Positions 38,732-50,212 of a stretch of 64,000 nucleotides of DNA are shown here, in pieces. The stretch comes from Eledone cirrhosa. Lineage: Eukaryota. The stretch's first letter is position 1; each line of letters opens with the position of its first letter. The notes beneath the pieces were generated by a model. That model saw only the letters and a list, made by a program, of their open reading frames with translations. It did not search any database and was not told the DNA's origin. The position numbers and the translations under genes are program-made. The DNA lies in assembly GCA_964016885.1 (NCBI GenBank), contig OZ024743.1, forward strand, positions 145,948,001 to 146,012,000, in the 5' to 3' direction.

Positions 38732-41205
38732 TTTACGTCCGCTTTTCCCTGCTTGCAAGGATGGGACGGGTCCTATTCAGCACAGCATCTCTCCACTGGT
38801 CACGGTCCTTTGTCATCTCCACCGTGAGCTTCAGCGATCTGAGGTCTGCTCTTACCACCTCCGCCCATGTTTTTCGTGGTCTACCTCTACCACGTCTTCC
38901 TTCAACTGGCATTTCTTGGCACTTCTTCACCCATCGGTCATCCTCCATGCGCATCACATGTCCATACCATCGCAGTCTCCTCTCCCACACACTACAATTT
39001 ATCCCTTTCAGACACAGTTTCTCTCTCAACACATCCATGCTCGGTCATTCACGCACATTGAAATTGCACATCCAACGGAGCATGCTTGCCTCATTTCTCT
39101 CCAGCTGTCACATATCCTCTGCAGTTGCTGCCCATGTCTCACTACCATGTAGCATCATGCACCTCACACAGGCATCATATAACCTGCCTTTTGTACGCAG
39201 GGAGAAACCCTTCTTCGTCAGCAGCTCCCTAAACTTCTTCCAATCCATCCTTATTCTAGATACCATGGCCTCGGAACACCCTCCCTCCCATGCTAATCTG
39301 ATCACCTAGGTACTGGAAGCTATCAACCACTTCTATAGCACCCACCTGCATTTGAAAAATGTGTCTTTCAATGCGACTTCTACTGTCAAATTTCCCTGTA
39401 CATCTACTGCATACGTATTTCTCCCTACTTGTTAGTTTGCCTGTTATCCCACTACATCTCTTGTGTACATTTTATAGAATTTATGGCAGTTCCTTTTCTT
39501 CATATCGAACATGGCCATTTCCCTGACGGAATCAGAGTTCTGTCCTCTTTTCTACTCATCAACACTTTTGTCTTAACTAGGTTCACTCTCAGTCCTCTTG
39601 ATTCCAACTGCTGTTTCCATAGCCAGAATTTATTCTCTAGCTCCTCTACTGATTCTGCTATAAGAACCAGATCGTCAGCATAGAGAAGTTCCAATGGACA
39701 GCCAGTCTTAAACTCCTCTGTTATGGTTTGGAGGACTATAATGAACAAGAGCGGGCTGAGGACCGAACCCTGATGTACTCCTACTTGTATCTGGAATTCC
39801 TCACTAAACTCCATTCCTACCCTCACTTTACTGACAACACCTCTGTACAAAGCATGCACTGTCCTCACAAGCCATTCCTCAACACCTAGTTTCCTTAGGG
39901 ACCACCAAATGACAGATCGGGGTACCCTATCAATGGCCTTCTCTAGGTCAACAGAAGCTAAGTATAGTGGCTTATTCTTCTCTAAGAACCTCTCTTGTAA
40001 TTGTCTCACTAAGAAGAGGGCATCTGTTGTACTTTTTCCAGGCACAAAACTGCATCTCATCTAGTTTGACCCTTTCTCTAATTAGTTGCGCTAATATCCT
40101 TTCTGCCACTTTCATAACCTGATCCATCAGTTTTATGCCCCTATTATTGCTCCTCTCCAGAGCATCCCCTTTACCTTTGTAGCAATTTACGAGAATACTG
40201 CTGCACCAGTCTTTGGAGTATGACACCGTCATATATAGCCTGATTGATGATGCGTGCAACCAGTTTAATGCCTACGTCCCCTGATGCCTTCAGCATCTCA
40301 GCAACTATCCCGATGGTCCAGCAGCCTTACCATTATTCATTTCCTTAATCGCCTCTTGGACACTATATTCGTCAATCTCAATAGCTGGTCCCTCTGTCAG
40401 ATCTACTGAGGGTAATTTCTCTCTCTCCCATTCATTCTCCACATTCATCAGTCTCTCATAATGACATTTCCAGGCCTCCTTTTTCTGATCATTTGTGACA
40501 CTAAGTACACCGGCATCATTCCGGACACATTTATCTCCAACAACATCCTAATTTGCACTGAAACACTGCTTGTAATGTGGAACACCCGCACGTCTCTGAT
40601 CTTCCTGTCGCAGAACATTGGCAAATCTCCTACTCTCAGCCTCCCTGCGTGCTAAGTACACCTGAAGTCTAGCTTCTCTCTTAGTGGCTGTATATCTTTC
40701 TCTACTCCCACCATTTTTCCAAGCATTCCATGCTAGTCTTTTGTCTCTAATGGCCCTATCTACCGTGTTGTTCCACCACCAGGTCACTCTCTGTCTAGTT
40801 GGAGCTCTGCTCCAGCCACAAGTTTCTTCAATAGCCTGCAGTAAGTTGTCACGTAAGAAATTCCAATTATCATCTATGTCATACGACTGTAAAATGTCTT
40901 CTTTTTCGTCATACACATTTTTAAGGGCTTTCCTAAATTTGTATTTTAGTGAAAGGTCTTTTAGTTTCCAGACCTTTCTTCTCAACACCTTCCTGTATGT
41001 CTCATTCCGTCTCTTGCTTACTGAGATATCACTAACGACTAACCTATACTGTGTGGTACATTCTTCCCTGGGGTATGCCTTGGTATTTGACACCATCTGC
41101 CTGTCCTGCTGCCTAACTAGCAAGAAGTCAATCTGGCTTATGTGCTCACCTGATTTGTAGGTTATTAGGTGGTTGGCAGGTTTCTGAAATTAGTGTTGCA
41201 AATAT
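38695..41205 (-). mobile_element. RTE subfamily B, 5'-truncated in the APE domain
   Basis: ICNTNF..HISQIDF (APE C-terminus), QGSVLSPLLF, LYADDL, HGSETWAATAEDM, GRPRKTW and an (ATG)n tail; TA tracts at both ends. Confidence 0.95.
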
Positions 41206-41214
41206 ATATATATA

Positions 41215-42183
41215 TCATCATCATCATCATAGTATTTGTCTGCTTTTCCATGCTTGCATAGGTTGGAGGGGGCCTTCTAACCATGGCATCTCTCCACTTG
41301 TCACGGTCCTTTGTCATCTTTTCCAGTGTTAGTGATTTGAAGTCAGCACTCACCACCTCTGCCCAGGTCTTTCTTGGTTGTCCTCTACTGTGGCTTCCTT
41401 CCACTGAGATTTCCTGGCATTTCTTCACTCATCGGTCATTGTCCATTCCAACGCAGTCTTCTCTCCTGCAGACGATCCCAGATTCCCCTGAAACCCAGTT
41501 TCTCCCTCAGCTCGTCCAAGCTCTGTCTTTCTCTTACGTTTTCATTGCACATCCAACGAAACATGGTTGCTTCATTTCTCATCAGTCTACACATGTCCTC
41601 GGCAGTCACAGCCCATGTTTCACTACCATGCAGCATCGTGCACCACACATAGGTGTCATACAGCCTTCCTTTTGTACATAGAGAGAAACCTTTTATTGTC
41701 AGCAGTGAAAGTAGTTCTCTAAACTTCTTCCACCCTATCCTTATTTTAGCAATAATCTCCCAGCACACCCTCCTCCACAGCTAGTTAGGTCACCTAGGAA
41801 TCAGAAGCTATCAACCACATCTATGGATCCTTCCTGTGATCAGAAAAGGTTTATATCATTAGCACTCTTCCCTTCGATTTCTCCTGTGCATCTTCTACAA
41901 GCAACGTTCTCCCTTCTTTCTTGTTAGTCTACTTGTTATCCCTCTGCATCTTTTGTATATCCAAGATTTACATTGTGTACATTGTATGGAGTTTATGCCT
42001 ACACCTTTTCTGCATATTGAGCATGGCCTGAGGGAATCTGGGTCCTATCTTCTCTCTTACTAGCATTTTAGTTTTGGCTAATTTTACTCTCAGACCTTTT
42101 GATTTTAAATTTAGTTTCCATAATTGGAATTTATTTTCTAGTTCTTTTTTGGTTTCAGCTATGAGGACCAAATCATCTGTATA
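41215..42183 (-). mobile_element. RTE 3' fragment
   Basis: YTDDLVLIAE..KTKM, HGSETWAVTAEDM and an (ATG)n tail in the same TA tract that ends the neighbouring copy. Confidence 0.88.
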
Positions 42184-42185
42184 TA

Positions 42186-42794
42186 CAGTAATCCCCTGCT
42201 ATATCACGGTTCACCTTTCGCGGTCCCGCTACATCGCGGATTTTTCTTTGGAACGTATCTAATTTCCTATTGCGGTAATCCTCGCTACATCACGGATTTT
42301 TCGTTAGAACATATCTATTTTCTTATTGCGGTATGTCCATCTGAATAAAAAGTGTTTAAATTTTAAACTTATTAAATAAGTTTCAATGTGATTGAAGTGT
42401 ATAGCATAAGGAAGGGGCATCTTAAGGCTTTAACTATGAAAAAATGTTTTTATTTTTCATTCCATTACTGGTTTACTGATTGTGTTTTTCTCTAATCTAC
42501 TACAAACCCTTCATAGATTGATGGGAGATGTGCAGTGTATTATGAAGTGGCTAACGTGGCTGGTAATGGTCGTTAATGATAACTAGTAGTACGATCGTTA
42601 CAGACTGTTTTTGGTGTTAACATACAAAAGTGTGTTTTAATGAGTTTATATGTACTTAAAGCATGTAGGAGAGGTATTTTAAGGCTTAAACTATGAAAAC
42701 AATGGTTGTCTTTATGGTCTCTCTATATCGCGGATTTTCATTTATCGCGGTTGGTTCTGGAACGTATCCCCCCGCAAGAAACGGGGGATTACTG
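42186..42794. mobile_element. pogo/Tigger-type non-autonomous DNA transposon
   Basis: TA-CAGTAATCCCC...GGGGATTACTG-TA ends; subterminal ATCGCGG repeats. Confidence 0.85.
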
Positions 42795-43047
42795 TATATA
42801 TATATATTTATATATATATATGTAAGTATGTATGTATACGTACATACATATATGTATACAGACGTACAGTAGCATGTATATATATATATATATACATACA
42901 GGCACACATATATATATGTACGTATCAGTTTAGCGAATATTTATTATAACATTCGCTTTGTTCGTTTGTAAACAAACGGACAGCCTGATTTATGCTGTAC
43001 GGTGTTAAGGCAACCACGTCACCTTTTTGTTCAACACTGACACAGGA

Positions 43048-43090
43048 ACGATGTACTAGTTTCAAGCTTGTTAGCTATCGTCAGCACCGT
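43048..43090 (-). ncRNA. Minimal type I hammerhead ribozyme motif
   Basis: ACGGUG-CUGACGA-U-AGCU-AACA-AGCU-U-GAA-ACUAGU-A-CAUCGU. Confidence 0.72.
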
Positions 43091-43324
43091 ATACCCTTCT
43101 GCCAAATGGTTGAACGTTCGAAAGTATATACTTTCATTATGAAAATTAACGGCTGAGCAGCCTAATTTGCATATCGAGTGAGTTCAGTCGGCCAGGCGCA
43201 CCGAAAACGATAAGTTGGAATAGAATGAAACAAAATTTCATTTCTCACTCTTAGTACGGCACTTACTTAAATGTAAGTATGTATGTATACGTACATACAT
43301 ATATGTATACAGACGTATAGTAGC

Positions 43325-43363
<39 letters not shown>

Positions 43364-43597
43364 CAGGCACACATATATATATGTACGTATCAGCTAACAA
43401 GCTTGAAACTAGTACATCGTTCCTGTGTCAGTGTTGAACAAAAAGGTGACGTGGTTGCCTTAACACCGTACGGCATAAATCAGGCTGTCCGTTTGTTTAC
43501 AAACGAACAAAGCGAATGTTATAATAAATATTCGCTAAACTGATACGTACATATATATATGTGTGCCTGTATGTATATATATATATATATATATATA

Positions 43598-46165
43598 ATC
43601 CATGGAGGCTATGGGTTTGGTACTAGAAATGAGGAAGGCTCCAGAATCCTGGAATTCTGTGATGCAAATAACCTAACTATCTGTAACACTAACTTCAAAA
43701 AACGTGACAATCACCTGATCACCTATAGATCTGGGGAACACACAAGCCAGGTAGATTATATCCTTACCAGAAGACGTGACAGAGTGTCTGTTGTAAACAC
43801 TAAATCCCTCCCCCATGAAGAATGCACCTCCCAACATAGACTGATAATTAGCGACCTCATAGTCAGGACGAGACGTACTCGACAGCAGAAGAGGACTATC
43901 CTCAGGAGAAAAATATGGAAGCTAAAGGACCCCACAGCCAGAAATAAATTTCAAAGCATATTACTTGATGCTTTCGACAGTAAGGAAGAACATTTAGAGT
44001 CGGACAATATAGAGGGACAGTGGGAATTTCTGAAAGCAAACCTGCTGTTGGCGACAGACGAAGTCTGTGGCTGGAGCAGGCCTGTAGACAGGAGGAGAGT
44101 AACATGGTGGTGGAACAGTAAGGTGGAGGGGTCAATTAAGGCCAAAAAGCAGGCTTGGAAAGTATGGTGGGATGGGGGAAGTAGAGGAGACTATCAAGTG
44201 GCCAGGAGGGAAGCTAGGAGAGAAGTGTACTTAGCAAGAAAGGAAGCTGAGGAAAGAAAGTTCAAGCATGTTCTACAACGCGATGACCAAAAACGTGAGG
44301 TGTTCAGGATTGCTAGGCAATGCGTCAAGGAAAACCGTGATATTGTCGGGGAGAAGTGTGTACTTAACGATGATGGCATACTTGCCATCACCGACGCTGA
44401 TAAGAAGGTAGCTTGGAAGTGTCACTATGAAAGGCTACTAAATGAGGAGAATAAATGGGAGAAAGACAGTCTCCCGCATATTGACCCAATAGAGGGACCA
44501 GCAGTGTTAGTCGAGGGGAGTATAATAAGTAAGGCAATCAAGGATATGAAGACGGGTAAGGCGGCTGGGCCTTCGGAAATAGTTGCTGAGATGCTGAAGG
44601 CATCTGGCACGGTGGGACACACCATGGTCACCCGCATAGTTAACCAAGTCGTACAGAATGGGGTTGTTCCGAAGGACTGGCATAGCAGCATCATCGTTAA
44701 CTGTTATAAGGGTAAAGGAGACACCCTAGATAGGAGTAACTATAGAGGCATTAAATTAATCGACCAGGTCATGAAGGTCACGGAAAAAGTAATAGCGCAA
44801 CTAATCAGAGAGAAAATTGACCTAGATGAAATGCAGTTCGGGTTTGTGTCAGGCAAAAGTACCACAGACGCTCTTTTCATAGTACGACAACTACAGGAGA
44901 AGTACCTAGCTAAAGGTAAACCCCTCTACTTAGCTTTTGTCGACTTGGAGAAAGCCTTCGACAGAGTCCCCCGCTCCATTATCTGGTGGGCTCTTAGAAA
45001 ACTAGGCGTTGACGAATGGCTTGTGAGGGCTATACAAGCCATGTATAAAGAAACAGTCAGCAAGGTTAGAATTAACAACGAATATAGTGAAGAGTTTAGC
45101 GTAAAAGTTGGCGTCCATCAGGGCTCTGTTCTCAGCCCCCTACTATTTATTATTGCCCTTCAGGCTATAACAGAGGAGTTCAAGACAGGCTGCCCATGGG
45201 AACTCCTATACGCAGACGACCTGACACTCATAGCGGAATCAATGGCCGAGCTAGAGAAGAAATTCCAAACATGGAAGCACGGCCTAGAGTCAAAAGGACT
45301 TAAAATTAACCTGGCTAAGACCAAAGTTCTAGTTTGTAGGAAAGAAAACAAGGCGGCGGTCTCTTCTGGGAAATGGTCATGCTCGGTGTGTAGGAAAGGC
45401 GTAGGTAGAAACTCCATTTTATGTCCTAAATGCAAAGTATGGGTGCATAAAAGATGTAGTGGGATCACAGGTAAGCTAACTAAGAACATAGATTTTACAT
45501 GTGGCCGGTGTTCTGGTGCAATAAGTAGCAGCAAGTGCCCACTAAATACTAGCTCTTTCAATTGCGCAGAGGGTTCTATAGAAATAGTGGACAGCTTCCG
45601 TTACCTGGGCGATAAAATCAGCAGTGGGGGAGGGTGCTCTGAAAGTACTGTAGCTAGAGTCAGAACTGGTTGGAAAAAGTTCAGAGAGCTTATACCACTA
45701 TTAGCTGCTAAAGGGTTCTCCCTAAAAATGAAAGGCAGGTTGTACGATGCCTGCATATGAACAGCAATGTTGCATGGCAGTGAGACCTGGGCATTGTGTG
45801 CAGAGGATATATGCAGACTAGAGAGGAACGAAGCTTGCATGCTCCGCTGGATGTGTAACAGTAATATACGTGAATGGCAAAGCATAAACGAACTAAGGAA
45901 AAAATTAGAGATAAGAGGGATCAGATGTTGTTTACTCGAGAGAAGGCTACGTTGGTATGGACACATGATGCGCATGAAAGTTGATAGCTGTATAACAAAG
46001 TGCAGGGCAATAAAGATAGACGGTAGCCACGGAATAGGTAGACCTAGAAAAACCTGGGACGAGCTGATAAACTCCGACCTCACACACTTACACCTCTCCA
46101 AGACAATGTCACTGGACCGAGACCTTTGGCGGTACTCAGTAACAGAGAAGACCCGCCTTACCTAA
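43598..46165 (+). pseudogene. RTE ORF (partial APE, RT with PHD insert, thumb) with a single premature TGA at 45758
   Basis: ORFs 43559-45760 and 45767-46165 share one frame; motifs SQVDYIL, SQHRLI, DLEKAFDRV, QGSVLSP, YADD, FRYLG, RWYGH. Confidence 0.93.
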
Positions 46166-46558
46166 ATATATAGTAAAACCTACTCCAGCCAGTAGGCATC
46201 TCTAACAAAATACACCCCGTCCCACCACCACCACCCCCACCCCATCCACACCACCCCGTTCTATGTAAAGTTATGTTGGTGCCGCGCCATCCAGGCCGAA
46301 ACAAATGAGATCGTGTAGGTGTCACGACAAAAAAACACACAGTCCACGCTGTAATGTGGCCGTGTAGGCAACACGGTAAAAACCTCCCAGACCCACACTG
46401 TAAATGTGGTTGGTGTTAGGAAGGGCATCCAACTGTAGAAAACCTGCCAGACAGTCCTATGCGAGCAAGACAATCACTCTTGCCTCAAGTGGGACTACCC
46501 CCGTCCAAACCCATGCAAGCGTGGAACACGGACGTTAAACGTTGATGATGATGATGAT
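43598..46558 (+). mobile_element. Young RTE subfamily A2 LINE, 5'-truncated within APE and inserted in (TA)n
   Basis: The host repeat resumes after the (GAT)n tail; uninterrupted host sites are at 46985-47020 and 42875-42900. Confidence 0.97.
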
Positions 46559-46798
46559 ATACATGCTACTGTACGTCTGTATACATATATGTATGTACGT
46601 ATACATACATACTTACATTTAAGTAAGTGCCGTACTAAGAGTGAGAAATGAAATTTTGTTTCATTCTATTCCAACTTATCGTTTTCGGTGCGCCTGGCCG
46701 ACTGAACTCACTCGATATGCAAATTAGGCTGCTCAGCCGTTAATTTTCATAAGGAAAGTATATACTTTCGAACGTTCAACCATCTGGCAGAAGGGTAT

Positions 46799-46841
46799 AC
46801 GGTGCTGACGATAGCTAACAAGCTTGAAACTAGTACATCGT
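46799..46841 (+). ncRNA. Minimal type I hammerhead ribozyme motif (predicted cleavage after A46835)
   Basis: Same 43-nt motif as 43048-43090; a 5'-truncated half lies at 43392-43420. Confidence 0.72.
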
Positions 46842-47179
46842 TCCTGTGTCAGTGTTGAACAAAAAGGTGACGTGGTTGCCTTAACACCGTACAGCATAAA
46901 TCAGGCTGTCCGTTTGTTTACAAACGAACAAAGCGAATGTTATAATAAATATTCGCTAAACTGATACGTACATATATATATGTGTGCCTGTATATATATA
47001 TATATATATATATATACATGCTACTGTACATCTGTATATGTACGTATACATACATCTGTACGTATACATACGTCTGTATATGTACGTATACATACATACT
47101 TACATTTAAGTAAGTGCCGTACTAAGAGTGAGAAATGAAATTTCGTTTCATTCTATTCCAACTTATATATATATATACT

Positions 47180-47325
47180 TCAACCACAAACCATGCCAAA
47201 ATGGTATGTATGAACAAGATATGGTCATCTGACCAGTCTAGTGTCAGAATATGACAACCCATTTAACCCATGCAAACATGGAAAATTGATACAAGATGAT
47301 GATCATGATGATGATGATGATGATA
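47180..47325 (+). mobile_element. RTE tail fragment
   Basis: AACCCATGCAAACATGGAAAA followed by (GAT)n. Confidence 0.65.
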
Positions 47326-47721
47326 TACATATATTATAATAATTGTTTCTACGTTTGGCACAAGGCCAGTTATTTGAAGGGATTACATTGACCCCAGTGC
47401 GTTACTGGTATTTTATTTTAGCGACTCCATGAGAATGAAAGGCAAAGCTAACTTCAGCGAGATTTGAACTCAGATTGTAAAGGGCCGTAACATCTACACT
47501 ACTTTTATATACATAAATGGGTGTTACTAGTTAAGACCCATTAGATCATTATTCAACTTAGAAAAGTAGTTAGATCTTTACGCAACTTTACAATCTGAGT
47601 TCAAATCTCGCTGAAGTTAGCTTTGCCTTTCATTCCCATGGAGTCGATAAAATAAAATACCAGTAATGCACTGGTGTCAATGTAATCTTGCATCAATTTT
47701 TCATGCTTGCATGGGTTAAAT

Positions 47722-49528
47722 GTGAAGGACACAGAAAGAGTTATTGTACAGCTAGATGAAATGTAGTTTGGATTTGTGCCAGGTAAAAGTACCAGGGATG
47801 CTCTCTTCCTTGTGAGGCAACTGCAGGAGAAGTACTTAGCTAAAAGTAAACCCCTCTACTCAGCTTTTGTTGACCTGGAAAAAGCTTTCGACATTCTCCA
47901 GTTCTATTATCTGGTGGACTCTTAGAAAACTAGGAGTAGATGAAGGCTGTACAAGTCATTTATAGAGGAACAGTCAGCAAGGTTAGAATTAACAATGACT
48001 ATAGTGAAGAATTTAGTGTCAGGTATGTGTCCATCAGGGCTTTGTCCTTATGTCCATGGGAACTTCTATATGCAGATGAACTAACTCTCATAGCTGAATC
48101 TATGGGTGAACTAGAGAAGAAATTCTAAACATGGAAGCATGGCCTAGAATCAAAAGGTCTTAAAGTTAACTTGTCAAAGACTAAAGCCCTAGTATGTAGG
48201 AAGGAAAATAGGACCGAGATTCTCTCAGGGAAATGTCCTTGCTCAGTGTACAGGAAAGAAGTAGGTAGAAATTCCATCCTATCTCCCAAATGTAAGCTAT
48301 GGGCACACAAAAGGTGTAGTGGAATCACAAGCAGGCTATCAAAGAATGTAGGTTTTATACACATCCAATGCACAGATGAAGTAAGTAGCAAGTACCCACA
48401 GGATACTAGCTCCTTCAAATGCCCAGAGGGCTCTGTAGAAATAGTTGACAGTTTCTATTATTACCTAGGTGACCAAATTAACAGTGGAGAAGGATGTTCC
48501 AAAAGTACAGTAGCCAGAGTAAGAATAGGATGGAGAAAGTTCAGGGACCGCTGCTAGCTATAAAAGGTTTTTCCTTCAAAATGAAGGGCAGATTGCATGA
48601 TGCATGTATATGAACAGCAATGAGACCTGGGCACTGTGTGCAGAGGACCTACGAAGATTGGAAAGAAATGAAGCTGACATGTTCCAATCAATGTGTAACA
48701 ATAATATACACGAACGGCAAATCATAAATGAACTGAGAGAGAAACTAGGAATAATAGAGATCAGATGAATATGCAGGAGAGGAGATTGTTTTGGTATGGA
48801 CGTGATACGTATGAATGCTGACAGCTGTATAAAAAGGTGCAAAGTGCTCAAAGTTGATGGAAGCTATGGAGTAGGAAAATCCATGAAGACTTGGGATGAG
48901 GTGATAAAAGTGACCTTGCACAACTGCACCTCTCAAAGGTGATGACACAGGACCAAGATCTCTGATGTTATTCAATAATTGTTTCTACTTTTGGCACAAG
49001 GCCAACAATTACCCCAGTGCATTACTAGTGTTTTATTTTATTGACTCCATAAGGATGAAAGGCAAAGCTAATCTCTGCAAAATTGGAACCCAGAACGTAA
49101 AGAACCATAATTCTATGCTGCAAAGCATGGTGTCTGTCACTCCACTGCAATAATACAAACGACCCACCTTCCCATGAACACAGGCATACATACATGAGAC
49201 ATACACCTAGTGTACATCATCTTTGCCTCCATCCTTCTTTCCATACACTCCCATGTCCTGCCCCTCATACACAACTCCCCCACCAAAGTCCCTAGTGAAC
49301 ACTGTAAAGTGGTCATTTTGGTGCCATGACAAAAAGCTCTCGGTCCACACTGTAAAATGGTTGTGTATGTGTCCACAACAAAAAGTACCCAACATACACT
49401 GTAAATGTGGTTGGCGTTAGAAAAGACATCCAGCCGTAGAAACCAAGCCCTATACCTGACTTGCTTCAAACATGACAGCCTGTCTAACCCATGCTAGCAT
49501 GGAAAATGGACGTTAAATAATGACAATG
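47722..49528 (+). mobile_element. RTE subfamily A 3' half with a SINE inserted at about 48975-49148
   Basis: Remnants RQLQEKYL, CPWELLYADEL and PHD, then 3'UTR repeats. Confidence 0.9.
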
Positions 49529-49537
49529 GCACACATA

Positions 49538-50190
49538 TCATCATCATCACGGTTTTATGTCCGTTCTTCCATGCTAGCATCGGTTAGACGGGTTGTCCTG
49601 TTGTGGGCAGTGTCCGGTCGGCTGACCATACCTTGCTCATACGGGAACTGATTCTGGCTTGATTTCTACAGCTGGATGCCCTTCCTAACACCAACCTCAT
49701 TTACAGTGAGTGCTGGGTGCTTTTTTCCGTGGCACCTACACGTCCACTTTACAGTGTGGGCTGGGTGCTTTTTTGCTGTGGCACCTCCACGACCACTTTG
49801 CAGTGGGTGGGTGTGGAGGCATATTGTCTATATGCTTCAGCTTCGGCTTGTACCCGTTTGGGGGGGGGGGGTCTTCTATATTACTGCGTGACGCCAGAGG
49901 TCACGGTCGTGTGTCATCGCTTTTGAGAGGTGTAATTGGGTAAGGTCGGCTTTTATCACCTCATCCCAGGTCTTCTTGGAGTTTGGTGGTACTTGTTTCC
50001 TGTGGCTGTTTGCTGCTTACTGTCCCAGCACAGCTACTACATGTGAAGACTACATTCATAGTTAAGGTTCCTGAGATCCCGCTACATCTCTTGCGTTCCC
50101 ATTGTTTGCGTTTGGGTCAGAGAATGGAGTTCCTACCTACACCTTTCCTACATACTGAGCAAGGCCATTTCCCTGAGGAGATCTGGGTTC
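49538..50190 (-). mobile_element. RTE fragment with internal deletion, tail-to-tail with the previous copy
   Basis: The PHD region (49983-50190) is joined directly to the last codons and 3'UTR at about 49980. Confidence 0.82.
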
Positions 50191-50212
50191 TATATATATA
50201 TAAGTGTGTGTG

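Larger units (their letters stand above)
42820..47166. mobile_element. Tandem plus inverted array of a ~451-bp non-coding hammerhead-bearing unit (candidate Penelope-associated retrozyme/pLTR), interrupted by an RTE
   Basis: 42820-43270 plus 43271-43393 lie in one orientation; 43392-43597 plus 46558-46618, 46619-47105 and 47106-47166 lie in the other; only a few mismatches; (TA)n at both ends. Confidence 0.75.

Noticed and set aside
43165-43172. Octamer motif ATTTGCAT in the hammerhead unit
   Set aside because: A single 8-mer in AT-rich DNA without supporting promoter context; chance occurrence is plausible
43559-43597. ATG start of the 733-aa ORF (MCACMYIYIY)
   Set aside because: It comes from flanking microsatellite; the RTE is truncated within APE and lacks its native start
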